Below are positions 52,029 to 63,800 of a stretch of DNA of 64,000 bases, in pieces. The translations under genes and the position numbers were made by a program. A model generated the notes under the pieces. It was not told the origin of the DNA, made no database searches, and was given only the letters and a program-made list of their open reading frames with translations. Within the stretch, counting starts at the first letter, position 1. The number at the start of each line of letters is the position of its first letter. The DNA is from Paragordius varius (lineage: Eukaryota > Animalia > Nematomorpha), in contig OZ176055.1 in the NCBI GenBank assembly GCA_964247055.1, positions 4,774,001 to 4,838,000 of the forward strand, read 5' to 3'.

Positions 52029-55000
52029 TTAATCCTCAATAAAGGAAACAGGGATGGACAACACCTTTTCAATTAGTTGATGTGCCTTTTCAAGACTAAG
52101 GCCATACCTATAAATAAATGAAAAAACGCAAAAATAAGATTAAAAAATGCCTATTAGTCTGATTGTAAAATTTTTATACGAAAAAAATTATTAATAATAA
52201 TGTATCGAATCGAAGTCACCTTTTTGCGTTTTGAGGATTTAAAGTTTAAAATAAAACGATGGATTATCAGAACAAAAAATGTATTTTAGACAAAATATCA
52301 ATGAGGAAAATTGCCTTCAGCTAGTAGCTTATTATTAGGAATTTGTTACTTTTTAGATGTAAACTGTTAAAATTTTTATTGAATATTTTCAAAAATTTAA
52401 AAGATCTACCCAATGTTGTCCAATTTATTTTTACAAAAAGCATTCTTAAAAGTTTGTTAAAAATAATTTTAAAACTATAGTATATATATATATGAGAAAA
52501 AAAAATTAAAATTAATTTTCCTCAAAATACCGAGTTATCTCACATCTTATCCAACTATAAAATGAAGTTATAAAAATTAAACGGCTAAAAAATCGACCTT
52601 TTAGCAAACAATCATTAAGGTTTAAGAAATTCAAGCAAGGGGTACTTTTCATATAATGCATACAAAATTTAATATCTATATTTTTTTATTAAAATTACCA
52701 ATATACAATCCAATTTTCGTCTAAGGATGGGGAACTGTTATAGATTTGATTTTTGATATTTTGGTTGCTCCAACTGCCTTCGCAATGTTTAAAATACCAA
52801 GGGTTTATTTTATTGTTCGAAGTAGAACGCCAAATGAGACATTTATATTTAGACCGAATTAAATTCCATAAAGTTTCACTAATTCCTTGGCCCTTATAAT
52901 TTAATAAATATATTATAAAAAATATTTGATAAATGTTATTAAGCGGAATTAGTCAAGTCGAGTGATACCAGAAACGGATTAGTTACTAGAGAATTACCGG
53001 TTTAATTCTTTAAGAATGAGAAACTCTGCCGAATTTTGCTCATCTATACAACTCCATATTGCTAATTCTCTTTTCATTAAAAAAGACAGCAAACTGATTA
53101 CCTACACATCAGGCTAACAATAATCAACAATCGATTATATATTAACAGGAGAAAACCTGAGGCATCTGATTCAAAATACAACTACTTATAATACGGATAC
53201 ACAACACAAATTACTTGTAAGTAAATTAAAATTGAAAAAATTCAAACCTACACCACAACCATTCCTACCCAAAATAAATACCTCCAAACTAAAACACACA
53301 GAAATAAATAATAATTTTGTTAGTAGTACAACAAACGAAATTAAAATGGATTTTCAATCAGTAGAGGAAGGATGGAATAAACTACAAACAAACGATAATG
53401 AATAATGCTGAAAAATGGTGTGGAAGGAAAAAGAAAAGCTCGTGACAACCCAAATGGTGGTGGAATGACAGCGTGAAACCCTTACTCCTGAGAAAAAACG
53501 AGCTACATAAAAAATGGAAGAAATCAAAAAATAATAAGGACCAAATCATATACAATCAATATAAAAACTGGTAAACAAAACTATTAAGGATTTAAAAAAT
53601 AAACGTAACTCGGAAATGGCGGACGAGCTGGAAAAGGACATAAATAATATGACAATATTTAGAAAAATCAAAAACTACAATCAAAACCAAAAGGATATTA
53701 AAAATATTTGTTGCGTTAAAGATGATGATCATAATCTTATCAAACCCAACGACATAATAAACAGATGGGAAAAATTTATGAAAACTAAATTTAACCCCCC
53801 TGAATCTAAGGTTACTCATGAAAATCCTGTCATACAAGGTCCCATTCAGGATTCACCCCAGAAGAAATAGCAATAGTAATGAAAAACATGAAATCTAACA
53901 AAGCCACTGGGCCCTCTGAGATCTCTGCAGATTTAATGAAGGCCACACCGATAACTGTTAAATTTTTGGTAGTTTAATTTGGTATAAAAAAAACAATACA
54001 ATACCAACCGAATGGGACAAAAGCAACATTTATCCCGTTTATAAAAATAAAGGAGATGCCCTTGATTGCTGCAATTATCGCCCACTAAAACTTTTGGAAC
54101 ACGGTATGAAAGTCTTTGAGACAGTGATGAAAAATAGAATTAAAATATAACAATAAATAAAAATCAATTTGCTTTTCAAGAAGGTAAAAGCATATCAGAA
54201 CCCATTTTTATTTTAAACCGCCTGCAAGAAAAATACCTAGCAAAAGGTCAAAAACTGTTCCACATCTTTATAGATATGGAAAGAACGTTTGACACTATAC
54301 CCAGACACCTCATAATTGAGACATTAAGGTACCAAAAAATCGAAGAATATATAATAAAATTAATAATGATCCTGTATGAAAATGCACAAAGCTGCGTTAA
54401 AACACCAGTCGGAAACAATTATTTTAATATCAATATAGGCCTCCATCAGGGCTCAACTCTAAGCCCACTACTGTTTATAATAATAATGATTATGTAAGCA
54501 GAGACTTTGCAGTTGTTCCACCATGGAACATGCTGTACGCCGATGATTTGGTTATAACAGCAAAAACAGCACATGAACTGAAAAGTTCATACCTTAAATG
54601 GCATACCTGCTTCCAAAAACATGGTCTAAAAATAAACATAGAAAAGACAAAGGTAATGATCACAGGAGATTTGAAAAAAACCATAAAATACCCCTGCTCT
54701 ATTTATTACAAAGGTTAAAACAAATTCCATTTTAGGTACATCTTGTAAAATGTGGGTCCATAAAAAATGCACTAACTTGAAAGGAAAATTAATTGACAAT
54801 AAAAATTTTAAATGCCAAAGCTGTATATCAGGGAAACCAAACATCCCTAAATCAAGGGAGTTTAGTATCGAAGATTGTAGGTTCGAAATTGTCAACGATT
54901 TCACCTATTTAGGTAATATCAGTAATAATAATGGGGATTCTAAAACAACCATATCAAATAGAATCAAACTCAGCTGGGAAAATTTCACCAACTCAAATAT

Positions 55001-58000
55001 GTATTAACACATAAAGACATAACCGTAAAAAATAAAATCAAAATGTATAAAGTGGGTGTCCGCCCTACCCTTACCTACGCCTGCGAACCTGGGCAATCAC
55101 AAAAACATTAGAATCGAGATTGAAAAGAACGAAAGACAAAATGCTAAAATATATGATGATAAATTCTACCATAAATGAACTAGAACCAATAACAGCTTTT
55201 ATCAGAACAAATAGACTTCGGTATTTTGGACACATAGACAGATCCAGTATAGACTCACCTGCAAAGAAAATTCTTGATTTACAGATTTCTGCCCCCAACC
55301 GAAAAGGGGGGCCTAAAACAACTTGGACTCAAATCATAGAACAAGACTTTAAATTCCTGAACATACCTCGAAACGCAACAAATGATAGAGACATATATCG
55401 TAAATTAATCCATCCCAATAACTGGGCCAAACCAATAATACCTAGTATGTGTGTTAACCCTTTGATCATAAAAAAATTATTAAAACCCATTTTATTTGTG
55501 CCAGTTGATGACATCAATAAAACAAATTTTAAGGTTCTCTTGACATTAAAAACCAATCATTTATAATTAAGAATAAATTAATATTAAGGCGTGCATCTAG
55601 ACAATGGATAAAATAAAAAATATAACAATTTTTATTAAATTTAATTACACTAGACAACAAATTTTGACCTTTTTTTTGACTGTCATTCTTTTAAATTTAA
55701 AATTTATTTAAAGTATATAAATAGTATATCCAAAAATATTGGTCTTACACTTTAGAATTTTTTTAGATTTTATTGAAAATTTTGGCCCCGATTTAACAGT
55801 AAACTTCGAATTTTCAAAATTAACAGTTATTGATATAGAGCCATGAATTATATATAATGGTTAAAATTTTTAACCCTTAAAGAAGTCAACTATTTCACAG
55901 ACAACTAATTTGAAAATCATATAAATAATTTTAATATAATTAGGGTTATAAGTATAAAATTAAAACAAAAATCTTTGAAAAAGCTTTTGGTTTGCTTTTT
56001 ATTAAAAATTATTATTTCAAAATTATACCTTGTGAATACTAAAATGCATAGTTATAACTGTTAATTCACATATTGGTTATAAAAGATTAAGAATATAACG
56101 TATATTTTTAATCTTTAGAATTTTGAAATTATCAGAAAATAAATTAATATTGATGAGATGGTATTTTTTTGAAACAAAAAAATTTATAAATGTCTGTTTT
56201 GTATGACATAAAAGCAATAAATAGTTTTAATCAAAAAAGTTTCTTGTGTTATCTTTTTTGGTTATTCAATGCCATCTGGACAAAGTGTGAGCTATTATCC
56301 ATTAGTTTTAAATACATATTAACAAGAAAAACGCTCTCGCAGCGCGTTTGACGATACCTATATCCAATATTAAATATCGATGTGAAACATATTAGTATGC
56401 ATTTTATAGAGTTTTCATTACTCTTTTGAATGATATATTACAAATGAGCATTTGATTTTCAAAGAATACATTTTTAAAATTTTGTTAAAGAGGGCTCATA
56501 ATCATAAAAAATCAAATTTTCAAAATTTTTAGGTGGAATTTAATTTTTATTTCGGATTTAGTGTTAATAGTAATTAGAAAATGCAAAAAACTTGAGAGGC
56601 AGAAAAATTTGTTGTCTAGTGTTATTGTGTGAAAATTATTTATCTGTATTTATATGTATGCTAAATTATATTTTTTATAAGTTTAGAAAATTGATGAACA
56701 AGTTGATGAATCGTCAAATAACACAAAATTGAGATCGAGAGAACGAGGAAGAGATCTAAAAAGAAGAGTAACAATGGATTTTCGACGCTGAGAATAGAAG
56801 CGGAATCGAAATTAACGGCCATGCCAATTAAATAAACTATGATTAATGAATCTAAAGAGTTTTCTTTGGCGAATCGAATATTATAGTGCAAACTAATTTT
56901 TAATAAAAAAATAATTTGGCATATCCTTTTTTATTGGTGAATTAGGTTTAATATACCTGAATATCAAATGCAACAGCAAATTTGTTTAAATATGGAACAT
57001 CCAATTGATCTTCTTTGGTAATTATTGCGGCTGCCATATAACTATTGTTAAAATTCTAGTACTTTTCGCTGACAATAATCTGATCCAACTTTTCATTCAA
57101 ATTAGTAAAATAGTCTGGTTTTAGCGATTTTCCAAACGCTCTGTGATATATAAATTATATCCAGGACTTAAGTATGAAAATATGGAGAAAAATTATATTT
57201 GTTTATATATATATATAGATATAAATATATATATCTTTTATCAACTACTAAACACTCAAACTTTTAATTAACGAACACTTTTTAATATAAATTTTCAATA
57301 AAAATATGCTTTTATTATAAAAAAACATGTGTATGTATTAAGTTATATAGTCCAATATTTTTAGTTTACCTACTCAAGTTATTTGTCACAATACTTCTTT
57401 TATTGTTGACTTATTGTTAATGTAGTATCTTATAGTAAAAAACAACTTCTATCTTTTAAAATATTTTATGAAATTAAGGATAAACATTTATAAAACAGGA
57501 GTGTCCAACACGCGGCTCGCGGGCAGCATGCATTCCATATATACCATTTGCACTTCAAGAGTGACCTGAACACTTCAAGTTGGTCCTGGAACACTTCAAG
57601 TCCTTAAACATTTCAAATTAGTCCATGAACACTTCAAGTTGGTCCTTAAAATTTTTAAATTTTGATTTATTTTTTAACTGAATTTTCTTTATTTATTATA
57701 TATTTATTCATTTAAAAATAAAAAATATTCTAACATTTTTTTGTTTCAAACTATTTTTATCCAATTTAACGAATTTATTAACTTTTAAATGTTTCCAATG
57801 AAAAATTGTAAATAATAACCCAGAAAACTTATATTTTTTATTACGTATTAAAATCTTATAATTATCCAAAATAATTTTAGGAAATTAATAAAAATATACG
57901 GTTTCGCAGATTAAAAGTTTCTATTGATTTAAAATTTATATTAAATAATAGAAAATAGGTTAAAACGATAAAATAGATGAATGATATACGATTTGATATA

Positions 58001-58850
58001 AAAATTAAAAACAAAACAAAAAATTCAAGGGACCAACTTGAAGCGTTCAAGGACCAACATGAAGCAAGGACCAACCTGAAGTATTCAAGGACACTCTTAA
58101 TGTGTAAATGGTATAATTCTGCAGCCCGAAGAAATTTTAAATATAAAATATTTCTGTTTGGCAAAAACTAACAAAAATATTAAATAGTAGTTTTTACAGT
58201 TCATTGTTTAAAATTTAATACATTTATTGATGCCCGTATATTTTGAGAATGCGTCCAATCGGTTTTTTGACTAAAATGCGGCTAGCGAAGCCATTTGTGT
58301 TGGACACCCTGATTTAAACCATACGGTACTGTATTACTAATTAGCTAATAATGTGAGTTGGCAACAATATGGGAACTTTATTCCAAAAAATCTGATTTAA
58401 ATATCGACGGTTTTTGAAATAAAGGCAAATGATTTTATTATATCTAATGATTTGCTAAGTTTTAACCATTTTTATCAATAAATAAATTTTTTAAAACTAA
58501 TTCCACAACAACTTAAATTTAAAAGCATATTTTCTATTTATATATTAAATAGTTAATTATATTAATAAAGAACTAACCAAAAGCGATTTTTTTAAAATTA
58601 AAGAATTTTCGATTTTCTAATTTACAAAGAATGAAATTGCTGTTTAAACGGTATGTCAAAATTAAAAGCTACTTGAGACTGCCATGAGGCGTTTAAATAA
58701 AATTAGTCCAAATTTATTTGTTTAAACGAAAGGAGTATAAAAACCAAGTATAATACCTATTGAGTAAATCCATTAAATTGTGCTGATTAATGTCTATGAG
58801 ATTTTTCGATTGTATGAAAGTGTCAATACGTTTAAACAAAGTTCCAGATC
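52029..58850 (-). CDS. NAGS: N-acetylglutamate synthase-like, C-terminal acetyltransferase (NAT/DUF619) domain; 5' exons not found in the window
   Basis: Exons (minus) 58850-58757, 57140-57063, 57041-56957, 52892-52699, 52107-52029, GT-AG and phase-consistent. Translation GSGTLFKRIDTFIQSKNLIDINQHNLMDLLNRAFGKSLKPDYFTNLNEKLDQIIVSENYMAAAIITKEDQLDVPYLNKFAVAFDIQGQGISETLWNLIRSKYKCLIWRSTSNNKINPWYFKHCEGSWSN...WIVYWYGLSLEKAHQLIEKVLSIPVSFIED* is colinear with recalled human NAGS (GSGTLFK...SFGKKLRDDY...IYVSEGYNAAAILT...PYLDKF...GQGSGQMLW...LFWRSR.TNPINPWYFKHSDGSFSN). Confidence 0.9.
53017..55444 (+). mobile_element. RTE LINE family B, 5'-truncated copy, antisense in a NAGS intron
   Basis: Inverted homologue of 30368-32640. 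Motifs [32 protein letters not shown]...CQSC and RLRYFGHI...GGPKTTW. Confidence 0.9.
55648..56621. mobile_element. Complete non-autonomous CACTA-type (CMC/EnSpm-like) element
   Basis: TIR CACTAGACAACAAATTTT / AAAATTTGTTGTCTAGTG with a 3-bp TSD tta on both sides. Internal GC-rich hairpin AAAACGCTCTCGCAGCGCGTTT. Confidence 0.8.
57042..57062 (-). other. 21-nt intron (NAGS)
   Basis: GTACTAGAATTTTAACAATAG. It contains an in-frame TAG. Removing it gives IIVSE-N-YMAAAII, matching recalled human IYVSEGYNAAAIL. Confidence 0.88.
57496..58311. mobile_element. hAT MITE carrying a nested element, in a NAGS intron
   Basis: TIR CAGGAGTGTCCAACAC / GTGTTGGACACCCTG. Flanks ttataaaa / atttaaac (TA-centred, 5/8). 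Confidence 0.7.
57542..58113. mobile_element. Nested TA-flanked MITE with tandem subterminal repeats
   Basis: Termini TACCATTTGCAC / GTGTAAATGGTA flanked by TA. Tandem GAACACTTCAAGTTGGTCC units on the left are mirrored by GGACCAACTTGAAG units on the right. Confidence 0.7.
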
Positions 58851-58929
58851 CTAAAGAATATATTATAATTAATGTTGGAAACGGACTGTTGTTTTTTAGA
58901 TATGTAAAATTGATAATATATTATTAATA

Positions 58930-59960
58930 TACCATTTCCCAGTCAAAAAACATTTTCCCAGTCAATCAAATTTTTTCCTAAACGAAACTTTTCCTAAACA
59001 ATCGATACGATTTTCCAGTCAATCGAAACATTTTCCCATACAAAATAACATTTTAACAATCAATAAAAACCGTTTTATTTTTGATTACAAATTGCAAAAT
59101 AAAATAGAAATAACTTTTTATTATTTGTGCATACTTAAAGAATATTCTTTTTGACATTACTGCATTTTTCTTGATATTTTTAAGTTCAATATTGCGCAAT
59201 CATATGAGTGAGTCTTATGAAATTTCATTTTTTTTAGGTTTAACCATTTACACCTCGAATATGACCGGTAACATTTCATATTTAATCTTAAACATGTCAA
59301 ATTCCCCTTTAAATTTTATAAATTTATTATTAAAATAATTTGAGTGTTTCAGAAATTTTACTCAATCAAGAAGTTGGAATAGTTTATCTTTTCTGTTCCC
59401 TTTTAGCAAGTATGATAATTTTTATTTTTCGATTAATCTATTTTAACTCAAATTAAAACATTGTTTATAAAAGCAAACCATTAAAAAAATCGATTTATAT
59501 TTATTAAAATAAACATATTGTCTGGATGAAGCAGAATAAGGCTTAATCTACTAAAAGCAAAATCTTTAATAGTTAGTTAATTAAGCTCAAAAAACATTTA
59601 AATTTTTTTAGGGTAAATTTAAAAGAGGAGAATCAGATATGTTTAAGAATAAATATGAAATGTTTAATTCAAGGTGTAAATGGATTACACCTAAAAAAAT
59701 AAAATTTCACAAGACTGAGTCAATTAATAATTGGCATTATCGGTGTTAAAAATAATGAAGAAAAATGCAGTATATGACAAAAAATAATGTTATATTTAAT
59801 ATGATCATAATACAAAAATAACGATATATTGATTGGGAAAATGTTTTTATTGATAGAAAAAAGTATTTATTAATTGGCAAAACGTTTTGATTGACTGAGA
59901 AATTAATTAAATTGACTGAGAATATATTTCGATTTAGTGGGAAAATGTTTTTTATTTTGG
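58930..59960. mobile_element. Foldback-like element with long imperfect inverted arms
   Basis: 58930-59290 is an imperfect inverted complement of 59630-59960 (for example AGTCTTATGAAATTTCATTTTTTTTAGG / CCTAAAAAAATAAAATTTCACAAGACT, and TTTTCCCAGTCAA repeats / TTGACTG). Boundaries are approximate. Confidence 0.65.
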
Positions 59961-60039
59961 TAAATTCTATATTTATGTCGACTCGTTCGTAGTTTTATTT
60001 CAAATTAACTGTATTATTATAATGGATAAAGCATGCGTG

Positions 60040-60365
60040 TGGTGTATAAAAGAATAATTGCATCAATAATCAATTTGATCCTTATAAAATCCTCAAGTTC
60101 ACTGCTCTTGAACCCTTTTTAAGAGCCAAAAGACTAAGATGGGCTGGTCACATCCATTGTAGACCACCAGATAATTATATACATATAATGATGTCCTACT
60201 CCACATCTAGCTCAAAGCAGGCCTTTCAAAAGTTGGATCAGTACTATATATGATGATCTTACTGAGGCCAAACTAAAAGAAGATGCGGAAAATAGAAACA
60301 ATTGGAAAACAGCAATAAAAAATTATCTCAAATCAGCTACCTTCAACTCTGAAGATCAACAGCTT
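60040..60365 (+). mobile_element. 3' fragment of RTE family C
   Basis: Colinear with 37200-37480 (ACTGCTCTTGAACCCTTTTTAAGAGCCAAAAGACTAAGATGGGCTGGTCA...). Confidence 0.8.
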
Positions 60366-60492
60366 TGGTGAGAAAATTTCAAATAAAACAAAAAAAATTT
60401 ATTCACAAAAGATAGTATAGAGTTGGGCAAATTACACGAAGTAACTGTATAGTACACATTGAAACACTTTGCTAAATAATATACGACAGACA

Positions 60493-60860
60493 TTCCATTT
60501 GCACAAGAGTGTATAATCCTTGAACACTTCTTCAACACTCAAGTTGGTCCTTAAAATTTTTTAAGTTATATTTAACCATAATTTTTGCATTTATTTTAAT
60601 TTTTATTATTTTTAACCAATTTTATTTGTTTATCATATTTTTATTCGTTTAAAAATAAATTTTTTATTCAACAACCACTTTTTTAGTTTCAAACTAGTTT
60701 ATCTAAAATTATTACCTTATAAATATTCTTAAGAAAATTCTAATTAATAACCAAGAAAACTTCTATATTTTTTAATTACATGTTAAAATCTTATATTTAA
60801 ATTGAGAAATTTATAAAGATAAACGGTTTCTGAATCATTAAAATATTATATTGATTTAGA
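60493..60860. mobile_element. Left part of a CAAGTTGGTCCT-family MITE, ending at the 3' end of the adjacent LINE
   Basis: CCATTTGCACAAGAGTG...CAAGTTGGTCCTTAAAATTTTT...AATAACCAAGAAAACTT, colinear with 57542-57910. Confidence 0.6.
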
Positions 60861-63800
60861 GTTTCATCGTATCGTCTTTGTGTAATGGCTAGCCATTGTA
60901 TCCGTATAGAAGCTGTCTGTAATATTTGCGATCCTGCCAGGCGTTATCATCAATGTTGGCAACACTTAAATCATTATTTATTGTTTTTTCCCAGTTGAAT
61001 GTTGGTCTGCCCCTGCGATTGTTACCTTCGGGATGTAGGGATAAAATTTTATTTGTCCATTGTTCTGGAGCACGTTTGATGTGTCCGAAATATCTAAGCC
61101 TATTTTTTCTGAGCATGACATTTAGAGGTTCAATTTGGTAGAGTTGATGTAAATTTGAATTTGACTTATTGGGTTGGAATAAATTTAGTATCCGTTTTTC
61201 TAAGTTCATTAGTTTTTTCTCGATTGAATCTGTCATCGGCCACGTTTCGCCATACAGGAGTATGGGACGTATGCCGGCTTTGTAAATCAAACCTTTGTTT
61301 TTTGCTGATATGTGTTTATTTTTGAGGACAAATTTAAGTTGATGATATTTTACCCAAGCCTGTTGGGATCTATATTTAACTGATTGGTTTATTCCACCTA
61401 GGCAATGTATGACATCGCCCAAGTATTTGAAATTATTCACCAATTCGATTTTGGTGTCTGCTATATAAAAGTAATTTAGGGAAGTGGATGAGTGATTTAT
61501 TGTTTTATTTTTACATGATACACATATAAATTTGTCATTGTTGATTAATTTCCGTATTATAAGCGAGCACTTTTTGTGTACCCACTTATTGCATGATGTA
61601 CATAGGATTGAATTGAGTTTAACATCTAAATCACATACTCCACATGGAAAAGGTCGTTCATATACAGTTTCACCCGTTATCATCACCTTTGTTTTGCTTA
61701 TATTTATATTCATTCCACCCTTTTCTAAGTGTGTTTCCATGTGTTGTACTTTTGATTTAATGCTTCCATTGATGTTGCGGTGAGGACAATGTCGTCCGCA
61801 TAGATAAGTTCCCATGGTGGGCTTTGTTTTATATCTTTTGTTAGGTATATCCATTATTAAAATGAAGAGTAGAGGGCTTAGGATAGAGCCTTGATGAAGA
61901 GATTCGTTTGGAACAAAAGCTGTGTTACCTAGTGTTAATCTGACGCAGTTTGTTGTTTTGTAGTACATCATTTCTATTGATTTAATTATCCAATCATCTA
62001 CATTATTGGCTCGTAGTGTGGATGTGATCAACTTCCTGGGGATACAATCAAAGGCCCTTTGTAAATCAATAAAAATATGATATAGTTTTTTATTTTTCGC
62101 TAAATAGTTCTCTTGCAATCTTCTCAAAATGAAGATTGCATCAATTGTGCTACTGTTTGGTTTATAGGCATATTGTGATTCCTGTATACTAACGATTGAT
62201 CTTAGTTTTGATTCAATAATGGATTCAAAAATTTTTAACGGGTGTTCCAACAACTTTAGTGGTCTGTAGGAGGAACAAACGAGTATGTCTCCTTTGTTTT
62301 TATAAATGGGTTTGATGGTGCTTTTTGACCAATCATTAGGGATGCGATTCGTTGATAAGATTAGATTGAATATGTTAGTTAAATGTATAATGCATTGTGG
62401 TAAAGCTTTGATCATGTCACAGCTGAGTTCAGATGGACCTGTAGCTTTGTTATTTTTCATCTTGGCCAAGGCATCTCTTACATCATGTTGTTATCAATGG
62501 TCGAGGACCGATTGCTGGTTGTTGGTTTATTGTTTCAAAATCATGTTTTTGTGCAAATTGTTCTTTGTAATACGTTGTCCAGACATTGCTTATGTCACTC
62601 CACTCATTTACTAGTTGTTGATCTTTATTTTTAATATAGGAAATTTGTTTAATGTCCTTTTTATTATTGTTAACTGAATTTATTGTTCGAAAAATCTTAA
62701 GAATTTTCATGTCTTGTTCTAATTTTTTAGCTAAATCCAAAGCTTTTTTGTTGGCTGAAATATTGATGGCTTGTTGTAAATTTTTATTTGATTTAATATA
62801 TGATTCCACGTCTCTTTTATCTTTTGTTTGTTTCCATCTTTTATAGTTATTGCGTTTAATTTTAATTAAAGGTTTTATGGATTCTGACCACCACAAATTT
62901 GATTGTTGTTTTTTCCTGTATATTTTCTTTCTGCCACAACAATTAAGCACATTTGGGATGATGCTGTTTTTAAAATTATCCCAAGCTTGTTCAGATGTTT
63001 TGTGGTTGAGGCTAAGCGATGCATTAACAGTTTCTGAGAGTTGAAGTTTAAGATCAGGAAGGTATAGTTTTTCTAAGTTTATTTTAGGTTTCTGGTTACT
63101 ATGGTAATAGGATTTGTTTATTATTATTATTGCTACAATTAATTTATGTTGTGTGTTAGTAAGGTATGTTTTAGAGTCTTTATTGAATTTTCTATCTTGT
63201 ATGGGTGTTAAAATTTAGTCTACCATAGAATTTTGATTACCACTTGTATAAATTATTAATTTCTTTGCTGGTTTCGTGAATAGGGTATTGCAGATAGTAA
63301 GTCTAAGAGATGCGCAGTATTCTAATAATGTATCACCTTCTTTGTTACGGCTGCCAAAAGCGTTTCCTCCATGTATTCTCATATAGTCTTCACCATTAGT
63401 GCCAAAGTGGGAATTAAAATCTCCACCTATAAAAATTTTGTCATTTGGAGGTATTGCATGGGAAATGTCGTATAGTTGGTTCCAAAAGGCTTGTTTGGTT
63501 GCTTCGCTTAATCCAGACTGGGGAGCATAGATGGAAAGTATGTTAAAAATTTGTTTTTTAAAGCCGATACGTATTTGGATAATTCTTTCGTTGTGTCTGT
63601 TTACTTCTATTATATTATCACAATATTCATTTTTAATAGCTATAGCCACTCCATGTTGGCCTTTCATTTGACCTTTGTAGAAAATTGTATAGTTGTCTAT
63701 ATTCAGCTTTCCCTCAGATTTATATCTTGTTTCCTGCAGGCAACAGATGTCAATGTTTTTCTCTTTTATTTGGTCGATAACTAAGTTTGATCTACCGACT

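Noticed and set aside
57568-57645. CRISPR-like repeats GAACACTTCAAGTTGGTCC
   Set aside because: There are no unique spacers or cas genes. The context is eukaryotic, and the units are mirrored at the other end of a MITE as subterminal repeats.
60889-62469. 526-aa ORF as an intact, active reverse transcriptase
   Set aside because: The catalytic PWELIYADD lies in another frame (about 61790-61820), between compensating frameshifts, and the APE and linker parts are separate ORFs. The copy is defective or has assembly indels.
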